A DNA stretch of 64,000 nucleotides. It comes from Minisyncoccota bacterium. Lineage in GTDB: Bacteria; Patescibacteriota; Minisyncoccia; Phycocordibacterales; UBA1006. Both the position numbers and the translations under genes were made by a program. The notes under the pieces were generated by a model. That model ran no database searches and was not told the DNA's origin. It saw only the letters and a program-made list of their open reading frames with translations. Location: positions 537,080-601,079 of the forward strand of contig DASWYC010000002.1 of assembly GCA_036405175.1 (NCBI GenBank), written 5' to 3'. Shown piece by piece: positions 27,405-36,731 of the stretch; position 1 is the first letter of the stretch; each line of letters opens with the position of its first letter.

Positions 27405-27451
27405 GTTGTTTCATATCATAGCAAAAAATGAACAAAAAGAAAAGAGCCTGT

Positions 27452-28078
27452 TTATGTAACAGCCTCTTGTTCTACTTGCAAAACAAACTCCTTCTCTAAG
27501 ATTGGCCTCACCTGACCCCAGAGCCCTTCTCGGGTTGTCTCCTTGTTGTTATAAACAACATAGTCAGCTATTTTTTCTCCAAGATCAATTTCAAATAAAG
27601 CTCTTTTGAGTCGTTCATCAATTGTCTCTTCTGAAGTGTCTTGTCTTTTTACAAGACGATCTCTTAACGTCTCAAGAACATTCTTTTGTAGAGAAATGAA
27701 AATCACAATTACCTTGTCTTTATATCTTTGTTTCAGGTTTTCTGCCCCCTTTACATCAATATCAAGAATAGGAGTAGCTCCGCTTTCAAGGGTTTTATTA
27801 ATTGCCTCAACGGAAGTGCCGTAAAAAACACCTTCGTAAACCATTTGCCACTCTAAAAAGAACTTCTTATGAACCATTTCAAAAAAAGTATTATAGTCAC
27901 AAAAGTTGTATGTTGTACCTGCTATATCTTTTTTACGAGGCGATCTTGTGGTTGTTGAGACAGAAAACGTAAAAAGACTTTTGAAAAACTTAAATATCAG
28001 AGTAACCAATGTCGACTTTCCTCCTCCCGAGGGTCCACAGATTACAAGGATTTTGCCTGTTAATTCTGTTTTTTCCAC
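27452..28078 (-). CDS. gmk: Guanylate kinase
   Basis: P-loop ICGPSGGGKSTLV and STTTRSPRKKDIAGTTYNF. Confidence 0.85.
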   Translation of the reverse strand: MEKTELTGKILVICGPSGGGKSTLVTLIFKFFKSLFTFSVSTTTRSPRKKDIAGTTYNFCDYNTFFEMVHKKFFLEWQMVYEGVFYGTSVEAINKTLESGATPILDIDVKGAENLKQRYKDKVIVIFISLQKNVLETLRDRLVKRQDTSEETIDERLKRALFEIDLGEKIADYVVYNNKETTREGLWGQVRPILEKEFVLQVEQEAVT

Positions 28079-28136
28079 TGTGTTATTAAAAGGTTTAGTT
28101 TGAAAAAAATTTCACCAACTATACCACACCTACGCA

Positions 28137-28162
28137 AAAACACCAGCTTTCACTGGTGTTTT
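28137..28162 (-). terminator. Terminator aaacaccagctttcactggtgttt downstream of gmk
   Basis: 8-bp stem caccag…ctggtg flanked by A and T runs. Confidence 0.55.
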
Positions 28163-28219
28163 AGATATCAACCACAAATCAATCCTCATTAAAAAGATAT
28201 CGTGGTTTATGAAACACTA

Positions 28220-28588
28220 TTACGCTTTTTTCTTATCAAGCCTATCGAGGCCCAACCCTTTAAATACAAAATACACAACGGCGGCAATAATGGCAAAGTC
28301 TACCATCGTTGCGATAAAGCTTCCATACTTAAGCGTTGTGCCACCAATATTAATAACAAGCTCCTTAAGATCTCCTGCTCCCCCCAAGATAAGTCCAATG
28401 AGTGGATTAATCACATCATCAACCAATGAAGCAACGATCTTTGAAACAGCACCTCCCAAAATAAATCCAACCGCAAGTCCCACTACCCCCTGTTCTCTAA
28501 TAAAAGTGACAAATCCCTCAACACGTGATTTTGTTTCGTGTGAAACTTCAATGATTTCTTCTTTAAGCTCTTGTTTAAATTCTTCCAT
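28220..28588 (-). CDS. mscL: Large-conductance mechanosensitive channel MscL (with N-terminal extension)
   Basis: …GVVGLAVGFILGGAVSKIVASLVDDVINPLIGLILGG… matches the MscL TM1 and periplasmic loop pattern. 122 aa. Confidence 0.8.
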   Translation of the reverse strand: MEEFKQELKEEIIEVSHETKSRVEGFVTFIREQGVVGLAVGFILGGAVSKIVASLVDDVINPLIGLILGGAGDLKELVINIGGTTLKYGSFIATMVDFAIIAAVVYFVFKGLGLDRLDKKKA

Positions 28589-28686
28589 AACAATTCACGA
28601 TGACTGATATATCTCTAGTATATAAGAAAAATTTGGCGTTTGGGGCTTTCCTATTCCCTGCTTGTATGCTATTCTTGGAATACCTA

Positions 28687-28759
28687 CGGGGTGTGGTGTA
28701 ACGGCTAACATGCTGGTTTTGGGTACCAGTGACTCCGGGTTCGAATCCCGGCACCCCGA
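28687..28759 (+). tRNA. tRNA-Pro (anticodon UGG)
   Basis: Acceptor cggggtg/caccccg; anticodon stem ctggt/accag with loop tttgggt (G37); T-arm ccggg-ttcgaat-cccgg. Confidence 0.85.
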
Positions 28760-28854
28760 CACGTAAAAGATTCAGTTGAAAAACTGGGTTTTTTAATTTC
28801 TCAATAAAATAGCCCCCATCCTCTTGCTAAAAAGCCACAGTCCATAGTTCAATT

Positions 28855-29208
28855 TTAGAGAATCTCAACAAAGTCTATCTCCGGTATACTGTTAATGATC
28901 TTTACACGAGCCGCCACAAACCTAACAGGGATACTAGGATATTGAGGAAAAACCTTTTGATAGTAGACGTGACGCATGCGTTCTACTTTTTGTGGATTAA
29001 CTGCAAAAAACGGATCATAGTCCATACTTCTCTCTTGGACAAGATGAGACTTCACCTCATACACATATATGTAGCGCCCCTTACGGCTCACAATGTCCAA
29101 TTCCCCACCTTTCCCGTAGATATTCCGGCCAATAATAACGTGTCCATTAGAGGTAAGTTCTTGAGCCACAACCTCTTCCGCATATTGTCCTTTATCACGC
29201 GTACTCAT
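28855..29208 (-). CDS. YraN/UPF0102-family endonuclease-like protein
   Basis: …GQYAEEVVAQELTSNGHVIIGRNIYGKGGELDIVSRKGRYIYVYEVK… matches the UPF0102 core. C-terminal extension. Confidence 0.6.
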   Translation of the reverse strand: MSTRDKGQYAEEVVAQELTSNGHVIIGRNIYGKGGELDIVSRKGRYIYVYEVKSHLVQERSMDYDPFFAVNPQKVERMRHVYYQKVFPQYPSIPVRFVAARVKIINSIPEIDFVEIL

Positions 29209-29347
29209 GTTTATATACTAGACTCTGTCCTTTTGAGAGTCTAATACTTTCTAACGAACATTTTTGTCATCCATATAGGACATATTGGTCATATTCTTAA
29301 AGGACATCTTAAAAGTTATCCCCAGTTTAGTATGGTTATACACTCAC

Positions 29348-29403
29348 TTATCCACACCACTTTCTCACTTTACCCTAAAAGTGGTGGATAAGTCTGTGGA
29401 TAG
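29348..29403. promoter_or_regulatory. Cluster of three DnaA-box-like 9-mers (ttatccaca; gtggataag; tgtggatag) ~29 kb from dnaA
   Basis: One perfect TTATCCACA and two 8/9 matches on alternating strands within 56 bp, in the yraN–tRNA-Gly spacer. Confidence 0.55.
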
Positions 29404-29515
29404 TGTGATTTTATCGGACAAAGAGGTGGTTTTAAAGGACATAAAAAGTGCTCGGGGGGTTCAAAAGAAAATGAGCTTTATTTTTTATAGCAAATAGCGT
29501 ATACTATTCTGCGTT

Positions 29516-29586
29516 GCGGGTATGGTCTAGTGGTAGAATGCGTCCTTGCCAAGGACGAGACAGGAGTTCGATTCTCCTTACCCGCA
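29516..29586 (+). tRNA. tRNA-Gly (anticodon GCC)
   Basis: Acceptor gcgggta/tacccgc; anticodon stem cgtcc/ggacg with loop ttgccaa; T-arm aggag-ttcgatt-ctcct. Confidence 0.9.
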
Positions 29587-29613
29587 CATTGAAAATAACA
29601 ATATTTTCAATAG

Positions 29614-29685
29614 GCACTTATGGTGAAATGGATATCACGACTGACTTCGGATCAGTTATTCTAGGTTCGAATCCTGGTAAGTGCA
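29614..29685 (+). tRNA. tRNA-Arg (anticodon UCG)
   Basis: Acceptor gcactta/taagtgc; D-arm gtga…tcac; anticodon stem actga/tcagt with loop cttcgga (G37); T-arm ctagg-ttcgaat-cctgg. Confidence 0.7.
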
Positions 29686-29744
29686 CCTGATTTACAATTA
29701 TCAACAGACTAAATCTTATTCCTATATACTCTAGGAAGAACACT

Positions 29745-31217
29745 ATGTTTACCCTTCCTCAAAAAATCAAAGAGCTTGCTCTCCTCTTTCATGCTCATAA
29801 TTATGAGCTTTTTCTCGTTGGTGGTTCAATCCGTGACCTTCTTATGGGTAAACAGCCTAAAGATTGGGACTTTACCACCAATATTTCACCTGAAATACTC
29901 TTAGAATTGGCAGAATCAGTAGGTATTCGAGCGGTTTACACCAACACCTTCGGTACTGTTTCGTACGTTTTTGAAGACGAAGCGCTTGATTCTCCTCTCC
30001 GCGAGCTTCAGATTACCCCATTCCGCTCAGAGTCTGGCTATAAAGATGGTCGTCACCCTACCCAAGTTTCATGGGCACAAACCGTAGAACAAGACCTTTC
30101 ACGTCGTGACTTCACCATTAACGCTATTGCCTATAATATTGCCGATGATACTTTAGTGGATCCATTTGGTGGACAAGCGGACATCAACGCTGGAATTCTT
30201 CGCACTGTCGGTAATCCAAAAGATCGTTTTACCGAGGATTACTTGCGTATCCTCCGCCTATTCCGCTTTAGCGCTACCCTATCATTCACCATTTCACGTG
30301 AAACATATGACGCCGTGGTGCCACTTGTGCCCAATATTGCTCAATTATCTCAAGAACGTATTCGTGATGAGTTCTTTAAAATCATTATGAGCCCTACCCC
30401 AGAGAAAGTGTTACACGAATTGCATGAAACAGGCATTCTCCAAATTTTCCTTCCCGAGCTTTCTGAGGGGTATGGATGTAGCCAATCACGCAGTCATATA
30501 TATGATGTGTTTACCCATAACATAAAAGCTCTGCAAAACGCTGCGGATAACAATTTTGTGTTACACGTGCGACTTGCCGCCTTATTCCACGATATTGGAA
30601 AACCTCGTACTAAGCGGTTTGATCAAGCTCAAAACCTTTATACTTTTTATGGACACGAAGTGGTGGGTGCTAAAATGTCCAATAAGATCCTTGTACGCCT
30701 TAAAGCGCCCTTAGATCTAACGGACACCGTAACCAAACTTGTTCGTTATCATATGTTTCTATCGGACACGGAAAAGGTAACTCATAGTGCAGCACGCCGC
30801 CTTGTCCGTAATGTAGGGAAGGAGCTTGTCTGGGATCTTATTGATGTCCGCAAGTGTGATCGCAAGGGAATGGGGAAGAGTGAAGAACCGGTGCGTCTCC
30901 GCCAGTTTGAAGTACTTATTGAAGAGGTGATTAGAGATCCAATTTCTGTAGCTCAGTTGGTTATTGGCGGTGATGACCTTATGAATACCCTTAAAATGAA
31001 GCCTGGTAAGCGTTTTGGATGGATTCTTCATGGACTTTTGGAGGAGGTGATTGAAGATCCGGCTCGCAATACTAAAGAATACCTTCTGCAAAGAGCAGGG
31101 GAGATGGAGCAATTATCAGACACCGAGCTCCAAAAAATAGGGGAGCAGGGCAAGGAAACCAAGGAAATAGCTGATCAGAAAGAGCGAGATATCATTAAAG
31201 AAAGCTATCGAGTATAA
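29745..31217 (+). CDS. cca: CCA-adding tRNA nucleotidyltransferase / poly(A) polymerase family protein with HD domain
   Basis: Pol-beta nucleotidyltransferase motif LVGGSIRDLLMGKQPKDWDFTT. HD segment …LFHDIGKP…. Confidence 0.85.
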   Translation: MFTLPQKIKELALLFHAHNYELFLVGGSIRDLLMGKQPKDWDFTTNISPEILLELAESVGIRAVYTNTFGTVSYVFEDEALDSPLRELQITPFRSESGYKDGRHPTQVSWAQTVEQDLSRRDFTINAIAYNIADDTLVDPFGGQADINAGILRTVGNPKDRFTEDYLRILRLFRFSATLSFTISRETYDAVVPLVPNIAQLSQERIRDEFFKIIMSPTPEKVLHELHETGILQIFLPELSEGYGCSQSRSHIYDVFTHNIKALQNAADNNFVLHVRLAALFHDIGKPRTKRFDQAQNLYTFYGHEVVGAKMSNKILVRLKAPLDLTDTVTKLVRYHMFLSDTEKVTHSAARRLVRNVGKELVWDLIDVRKCDRKGMGKSEEPVRLRQFEVLIEEVIRDPISVAQLVIGGDDLMNTLKMKPGKRFGWILHGLLEEVIEDPARNTKEYLLQRAGEMEQLSDTELQKIGEQGKETKEIADQKERDIIKESYRV

Positions 31218-31244
31218 GAAAAAGCCATATTTATATGCCTTTTT

Positions 31245-32033
31245 CTATGCTTTAAAGGTGATTTTGACGGGGCAATGGTCGGAACCCATGATGTCTGTTA
31301 GATGCTCACAGGCAATCACAGAAGGGAAGAGGCCTTGTGAAGCCAAGGCGTAATCAATGCGCCAACCCACGTTACGGGCTCGGGCAAAAGTTTTTTGATC
31401 CCAATAGGTGTAGGCGTCTAATTGTTCCTTGTGTAACACTCTAAAACAGTCCATATAACCAGTAGCCAACAGTGCATCAATCTTAGCTCGCTCAACAGGC
31501 AAGAACCCAACATTCTTTTCATTTTCTTTGGGACGCGCCAAGTCAATCTCGGTATGAGCAATATTTAAATCCCCCATGATTAAGCTTTTTGGATGTTCCA
31601 CAAGAAACTTTTTTTGCCATTCAATAAAAGCATCGTAAAAATCTAGTTTATACTGGAGTTTTTCAGGAACACCACCGCCTCCATTAGGGAAGTAGCCGTT
31701 AATCAATGAAAAGTCTTTGGTGTGAACCGTTAATAAACGCCCTTGTTCATCTAATGCCTGATGCGGAGCGGGGAATGACACTTCAGATAAGACAATAGGA
31801 ATTTTGCTATAAATTGCGGTTCCACTATAGCCTTTTTTATGAAGTGGACTATGGAATAATGCTGTATATCCTTCTCTTTGAAGAATCTCTGCAGTTAATT
31901 GTTCTTTATGAGCTTTAGTTTCTTGAATCAGCAATAAATCTGGTTGCTCATGAAACACCACATCAAGCGCACCTTTTGTTTGTGAAGCACGAATCCCATT
32001 CACATTCCACGAAATAATCGTATATTCTTTCAT
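31245..32033 (-). CDS. xth: Exodeoxyribonuclease III / AP endonuclease
   Basis: MKEYTIISWNVNGIRA…LLIQETK…MGDLNIAHTEIDL…SDHCPV are EEP-family motifs. Confidence 0.85.
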   Translation of the reverse strand: MKEYTIISWNVNGIRASQTKGALDVVFHEQPDLLLIQETKAHKEQLTAEILQREGYTALFHSPLHKKGYSGTAIYSKIPIVLSEVSFPAPHQALDEQGRLLTVHTKDFSLINGYFPNGGGGVPEKLQYKLDFYDAFIEWQKKFLVEHPKSLIMGDLNIAHTEIDLARPKENEKNVGFLPVERAKIDALLATGYMDCFRVLHKEQLDAYTYWDQKTFARARNVGWRIDYALASQGLFPSVIACEHLTDIMGSDHCPVKITFKA

Positions 32034-32069
32034 AGGTCTATCATACTATGAACATTCAATAATCTCACC

Positions 32070-32106
32070 TTGTACAAAAGCGCCTGACCGTACGGTCAGG
32101 CGCTTT
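32070..32106 (-). terminator. Terminator acaaaagcgcctgaccgtacggtcaggcgcttttgt
   Basis: 15-bp GC-rich stem flanked by A/T runs. Downstream of the methyltransferase gene. Confidence 0.7.
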
Positions 32107-32123
32107 TGTATCACGTGTACCAT

Positions 32124-32777
32124 TTACTTTCTCTGATATCCAATAAAATTTAACACCAATTGTTCGCCGGGATCAGTGCGTGAATCATAGGTTCGTTCCT
32201 CATGAAACACCTGATCAAAATGTTTTAAGAATCGATTTTTCAGGAAATGCTCAGAAAAGATTCTATGAGGCACACCAAATTTAATAAATTCTTGTGATTG
32301 CAATTCATCTTTGCGCGGACGATATCCATACAAACTCGTTGTTTTAATTGAATATCCAATATGCAAAAAGAATCCATTTGGTTTTATTACACGCTCAACC
32401 TCTTTAACAACTCTAAAAATTTCTTCATCACTTAAATACGTAAAAATACCACCATCACTTACGAGGTCAAAAGCTTCGTCAGTAAAAGGAATTTCGTCAG
32501 CAGATGCCTCAACAACACCAATATTCTTAATCTTTTCTTTCCTGATCTGTTCTTTGGTTTCACGAATAACTTGAGGATTTGTATCAATACCAAATAATTT
32601 ATGACGTGTATTCTTAAGCGGTAATAATGAAAGCGCGCGCCCAACACCTAATTCAAGAATATATGGATGTTCTCCCGGCATTGAATCAATATACTGTGCA
32701 ATTTCTTGATGATAGGGAATATGACTCCAGACATCTGATCCAGTTCTGTATACGTTTTCAAAATACGTACGTGACAT
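32124..32777 (-). CDS. Class I SAM-dependent methyltransferase (start probably the internal MSRTYFEN)
   Basis: Motif I LELGVGRALS and overall Rossmann MTase pattern. Confidence 0.6.
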   Translation of the reverse strand: MSRTYFENVYRTGSDVWSHIPYHQEIAQYIDSMPGEHPYILELGVGRALSLLPLKNTRHKLFGIDTNPQVIRETKEQIRKEKIKNIGVVEASADEIPFTDEAFDLVSDGGIFTYLSDEEIFRVVKEVERVIKPNGFFLHIGYSIKTTSLYGYRPRKDELQSQEFIKFGVPHRIFSEHFLKNRFLKHFDQVFHEERTYDSRTDPGEQLVLNFIGYQRK

Positions 32778-32900
32778 GATTCTATTGTACCTTACGTAAT
32801 ATATGATGTTACACATATATTCATCACACAAAAATCGCACCGTATTTTCTATATATAGTGCGATTTCTTTATATAATTCGTATACGTGTCATGTGAAACG

Positions 32901-33815
32901 TTACCGAGAGTGGAATTTTTTATGAATATCCATCAAATGTTTATCCGTAACGTGCGTATAAATTTGTGTTGTTCCAATATGCGCATGACCAAGCATCGCC
33001 TGTACACTTCTAAGATCCGCACCGTTCTCTAATAAGTTGGTTGCAAATGAATGTCTAAATACGTGCGGTGTTACGCGCTTTGAAATTCCTGCCTTCACGG
33101 CATAAAATGCAACGAGTCGCTCGATAGAACGTGGAGTTAATCGTCCTTCAATGGTTTTATTAAGTGTTCTATGTGAAACGTCTCTAAATAAGGGCTCGGC
33201 CATATCTTTGCGAGCTTTCAAATAGTTTTGAATCGCAGTACGCGCTTCATCAGACACAAATACCACTCTAATTTTTTCTCCTTTTCCTCTGATTGAAAAT
33301 TCTGAACGAGATAAATCCAAATCTCTGTTTAATGAACATAATTCTGAAACACGAAGGCCGGTAGAGTAGAGAAGTTCCAAAAGCGCACGATCACGTAACC
33401 CCTTTTCTTCTGAAAGATCTGGCGCATCCAAGATACGGGTTAATTCTTGAAAGGTAAGAAAATCAATATCACGCTCACCAACCTTAGCTAATTCAATCAT
33501 TTCAGGGCGCGCGGCAGAAATACCACGTTTCATAAGAAATTTGAGCAGCATTCTCAAGGCAATTAAATAGTAGTTTTGGGTCTTTTTCTTCATCGTATCC
33601 TGTGTTTGACCCTTTCTTGAAGCACCTTTTTTACGATTTAAAATCCCACGGAATGCACGAATCGATTCCTCGGTAATATCTTTGGTATTTTTAATATTCA
33701 TCGTAGCAATATATTCACGCAAATAGCGTTCATAGTTTTCAAGAGTTTTCAGGCTGCGACCCTTTTCGATCTCCAAATATTCAAGAAAACTGCGCAAAGC
33801 TTGATTAATATCCAT
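32901..33815 (-). CDS. Tyrosine site-specific recombinase XerC/XerD family
   Basis: C-terminal catalytic box …HVFRHSFATNLLENGADLRSVQAMLGHAHIGTTQIYTHV. 304 aa. Confidence 0.85.
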   Translation of the reverse strand: MDINQALRSFLEYLEIEKGRSLKTLENYERYLREYIATMNIKNTKDITEESIRAFRGILNRKKGASRKGQTQDTMKKKTQNYYLIALRMLLKFLMKRGISAARPEMIELAKVGERDIDFLTFQELTRILDAPDLSEEKGLRDRALLELLYSTGLRVSELCSLNRDLDLSRSEFSIRGKGEKIRVVFVSDEARTAIQNYLKARKDMAEPLFRDVSHRTLNKTIEGRLTPRSIERLVAFYAVKAGISKRVTPHVFRHSFATNLLENGADLRSVQAMLGHAHIGTTQIYTHVTDKHLMDIHKKFHSR

Positions 33816-33903
33816 ATTGGTAAGTATATCGTATTGTGCGACGTTCCTTATTTTGAGATTTTTCCCTTATTTCGTAAGGCTTTTACGGCTCCACAGAATT
33901 ACT

Positions 33904-33932
33904 TGACAAGCATATCTCAATATGCTATATTA
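33904..33932 (+). promoter_or_regulatory. Sigma-70-like promoter TTGACA-N17-TATATT upstream of rpsO
   Basis: Consensus -35 and near-consensus -10 with 17-bp spacer, read directly. Followed by a ~200-nt structured leader. Confidence 0.6.
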
Positions 33933-33939
33933 TATACGG

Positions 33940-34133
33940 CATGCACGGCTTAGGCGGAAGGTGGGAGTGCCTTCTAGAGTCTGTGCGCTATGTATACGAA
34001 ACCCTTGATCATAGAGATTGAGGGTTTTATTTATAACACCCTCTTATTATTAAGATCCTAAAGAATAATATCTGTTCCCATATTTATATTAACGGGCTTG
34101 CTTTTTTTTCAAGAATATGGTAGTATACTGGAT
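33940..34133 (+). promoter_or_regulatory. rpsO 5' leader with GC-rich hairpin (gcacgg…gaagg-tgggagtg-ccttc…ctgtgc) and terminator-like hairpin plus U-tract (aaaccct-N14-agggttt tattt)
   Basis: Inverted repeats seen directly. Located between the promoter and the rpsO ATG. Confidence 0.4.
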
Positions 34134-34400
34134 ATGCTAACTAAGCGAGTTAAGTCACAAGTAATCAAGAAATTCCAGGTTCATGACGCTGATACTGGTT
34201 CTGCAAAGTCACAAATTGGACTTTTGAGCCGCCGTATTGATGAACTTGCTCTTCACCTCAAGAAGCACGCTAAGGATCTTCACTCTCGAAGAGGACTTAT
34301 CGGACTTGTTGCCGACCGAAGAAAACATTTGAAATATCTTGAAAAAACCGATAAAAAAGGGTACGTAGCTCTCACTAAAGAACTCGGACTCAAAAAATAA
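34134..34400 (+). CDS. rpsO: 30S ribosomal protein S15 (start at MLTKRVK)
   Basis: …TGSAKSQIGLLSRRIDELALHLKKHAKDLHSRRGLIGLVADRRKHLKYL… is canonical S15. Confidence 0.9.
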   Translation: MLTKRVKSQVIKKFQVHDADTGSAKSQIGLLSRRIDELALHLKKHAKDLHSRRGLIGLVADRRKHLKYLEKTDKKGYVALTKELGLKK

Positions 34401-34425
34401 TACTCGCTCAGCGAGTATTATTTAT
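34397..34425 (+). terminator. Terminator aataatactcgctcagcgagtattatt after rpsO
   Basis: Perfect stem tactcgct/agcgagta with A/T flanks. Confidence 0.65.
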
Positions 34426-34556
34426 TAATCATATTTTTGAGGGACACGCGCACAACCGAGCGTTCATATTTACGCATCACAAATTTTGCGTTTCATATTT
34501 TCATCAGCCCTCACACAGACAATAAACCTTGTCTGATATACTTTTAACTAGTATTT

Positions 34557-35210
34557 ATGCTACAAACTCATGAACGCGTCGTTTTCTTAATTGACGCACA
34601 AAACTGTTATCACACAACTCAAAATCTCTATCATCGTAATCCAAACTTTTTGGGAATCATTAAAGAAATTCTTGGTGATCGCCATCTTTTACGTGCACTT
34701 GCATATGTAATTGCAACGGAAAAGGGGGACGAAACCGCATTTCTTGAAGCACTTTCTTCAAACGGTATTGAGCTCCGTAAAAAAGATCTTCAAGTCTTTT
34801 ACGACGGCGCCAAAAAAGGTGATTGGGATGTTGGAATGGCTATTGATGCGGTTATTCTTGCCGAAAAAGCTGACACTATTGTGTTGGTTACGGGAGATGG
34901 AGACTTCGTTCCACTCGTGGATTATCTTCGTCATAAAGGTGTTCGCGTTGAAATTGCATCATTTGTACAGCGCACCTCGCAAAAACTTGTTGATGCGTCG
35001 CACCGATTCTTTAATCTTTCAGAAGCACCATCAAAATTTGTGATTGGAGGATTGGGCAATAACGGCCGTAAACATGCCGCAAAACGCCCACGTGCAAAAG
35101 CAAACAATGCTAATAGTAATAGTGCAACAGGAAATACCACTCCGGCAGCACCAAAAAAGCAACAAGCGCCTGAACAGGTGAAGCTTACCAAAGCGAATAG
35201 TGTTAACTAA
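34557..35210 (+). CDS. NYN/LabA-like (PIN-related) domain protein with basic C-terminal tail
   Basis: …VFLIDAQN…DVGMAIDAVILAEKADTIVLVTGDGDFVPLVDYLRHKGVRV… matches the NYN/DUF88 core. Confidence 0.7.
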   Translation: MLQTHERVVFLIDAQNCYHTTQNLYHRNPNFLGIIKEILGDRHLLRALAYVIATEKGDETAFLEALSSNGIELRKKDLQVFYDGAKKGDWDVGMAIDAVILAEKADTIVLVTGDGDFVPLVDYLRHKGVRVEIASFVQRTSQKLVDASHRFFNLSEAPSKFVIGGLGNNGRKHAAKRPRAKANNANSNSATGNTTPAAPKKQQAPEQVKLTKANSVN

Positions 35211-35213
35211 TAT

Positions 35214-35241
35214 AAAAATCGCAGAGCAATCTGCGATTTTT
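35214..35241. terminator. Bidirectional terminator aaaaatcgcagagcaatctgcgattttt
   Basis: 9-bp stem with A/T flanks, between convergent genes. Confidence 0.7.
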
Positions 35242-35249
35242 ATATATTT

Positions 35250-36041
35250 CTAAAGAATAAAATCTTTTGAAAACTTTTTTGTATAGGCTTCAGCTTTTTT
35301 AATATTCCGTGAAATTCTTAGTTTGACTTTGTGATTTCCATTAACCAACTCTGTTACACGAGCAACCAATTCTTTTTCTGTATCCGATGTTTCATAAATG
35401 CCGTCCAAGTCTTCAGCAAAACCAACCGTAAATTGAGCTTCAAAAACATAATCACCCAACACATTCACATATTCATATGTAGGAATTTTATAATCAAGGC
35501 CCGTATTAATAGAAATAAAATCTGATCGATACTTCTTTGCAAACAACAAATCATTTTCTGTATCTTTTGCAACACTTACACATAACCTACGCTTATCTTG
35601 ATTAAATTTATTAAATACAGCCTCTTCACTTTCTTTATGGGCCACCATAAACCACTCGTGGGGATCGTAAATAAAAACTGGTCCGTTTGTTTCTGAATAT
35701 GCCTGCAAAAAGTAATGCGCCCAGATTCTGTCTGTCTCCAAAGGATTAAAGAACGAAAGTGCAATAGAATCACCCTCTTCAAGATGGTTTGGAAGAATAT
35801 TTGACGGAGAGAGGGAAGCAATGAGCTTTTCTTTCCATAAGTTATTTATAAGGAATTGGGTACCCTGTTTAAGCACCACCTTTTCTTCAATCAGATTGTT
35901 GAGGGATTTATACATTCCTTGTTTTGAGTATTTAGCTTGTTTATTTATTGAACCTAAAAGATCTTTTCCTGATTGAGGGGATATTTGAAGAAGCGTATCA
36001 ATAATAAGTTCTTTTAAATGTTCTGAGCGAAAGAGATTCAT
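35250..36041 (-). CDS. Putative wHTH transcriptional regulator (TrmB/MarR-like N-terminus + ~200-aa C-terminal domain), paralog 1
   Basis: N-terminal …SPQSGKDLLGSINKQAKYSKQGMYKSLNNLIEEKVV… Colinear similarity to ORF 37694-38491 over the full length, for example …KVKLRISRNIKK… versus …KFTLRIYKNSQK…. Confidence 0.5.
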   Translation of the reverse strand: MNLFRSEHLKELIIDTLLQISPQSGKDLLGSINKQAKYSKQGMYKSLNNLIEEKVVLKQGTQFLINNLWKEKLIASLSPSNILPNHLEEGDSIALSFFNPLETDRIWAHYFLQAYSETNGPVFIYDPHEWFMVAHKESEEAVFNKFNQDKRRLCVSVAKDTENDLLFAKKYRSDFISINTGLDYKIPTYEYVNVLGDYVFEAQFTVGFAEDLDGIYETSDTEKELVARVTELVNGNHKVKLRISRNIKKAEAYTKKFSKDFIL

Positions 36042-36146
36042 ATGTTATTAATAGTATAAACCAATGGTTTACTATTTTTATATTCACTACTCTTACTAAG
36101 CAGATCTACACATTTTTAAACTTTTTCTTTACAAAGTGACCAATAT

Positions 36147-36172
36147 TTGACTATTTACTGAAAGTATTGCAA
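36147..36172 (+). promoter_or_regulatory. Operator/promoter-like motif TTGACT-atttaCTGAAAGTATTGcaa upstream of the 36264 gene (copy 1 of 2)
   Basis: Near-identical motif at 38617-38643. Both lie in the divergent spacer next to a paralogous wHTH regulator. Confidence 0.55.
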
Positions 36173-36263
36173 ATATCAGATACAGTATCCTAGAAATCAT
36201 TTAAAAAACCTGTTTACTGGTTACCCTAAAATGGAAAACCTATGCTCATCCTACGCTTAAGAA

Positions 36264-36731
36264 ATGGATAGTAAACATAAACCATATACGAACATGTCAC
36301 TATTAATGTTTATCATTATCGCAGCCGTTATTCTTATCATTAGCGCATATTTCATTATTGGACAAATGTCTATGATGCCAAAGATCTACCCTGAGGCTAT
36401 TGCTAAGCATGGCGATATTGAGCAGCTCAACATCAAAAAGGACAGAATGGCAAGGATATTTTTTATCATAAGTATTATCTTTTTTATAATAGGCTTACCC
36501 ACGTACTTCTTGTTTGAAACTTTTGGTGCAATGGTACGCTCAGAAGCAGGGAGGGCTTCTCTTCTTGCACTAGAAGCATTGGGTTTTTCTATGTTCTACC
36601 TTATGGTTTACTTAAAAAATCTCCACGATGACGAAAAAGTCCTTACGAATGAGCCCGTTGATCTGAGCCAGATTCCCAATACTGCACCAGATTTTATAGA
36701 GGCTATTCCAGGGGCTTCTAACCTCACATAG
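36264..36731 (+). CDS. Hypothetical membrane protein (3 TM helices)
   Basis: Hydrophobic segments LLMFIIIAAVILIISAYFIIG, IFFIISIIFFIIGLPTYFLF, LLALEALGFSMFYLMVYL. Confidence 0.5.
   Translation: MDSKHKPYTNMSLLMFIIIAAVILIISAYFIIGQMSMMPKIYPEAIAKHGDIEQLNIKKDRMARIFFIISIIFFIIGLPTYFLFETFGAMVRSEAGRASLLALEALGFSMFYLMVYLKNLHDDEKVLTNEPVDLSQIPNTAPDFIEAIPGASNLT

Noticed and set aside
29285-29497. 70-aa plus-strand ORF over the DnaA-box cluster
   Set aside because: It spans the DnaA boxes and runs into the tRNA-Gly gene region. There is no RBS or coding signal. Regulatory DNA is more plausible.
31218-31245. Possible terminator after cca (aaaaagccatatttatatgcctttttc)
   Set aside because: The arms are not complementary (gcc/ggc mismatches). 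Only A- and T-runs are present, and a hairpin cannot be supported.
29516-33815. Possible integrated element (tRNA genes followed ~3 kb later by a tyrosine recombinase)
   Set aside because: The intervening genes are core housekeeping (cca, xth, a methyltransferase). No direct repeat of a tRNA 3' end was seen. The recombinase has the XerC/D catalytic box, so a chromosome dimer resolvase is more likely than a phage integrase.
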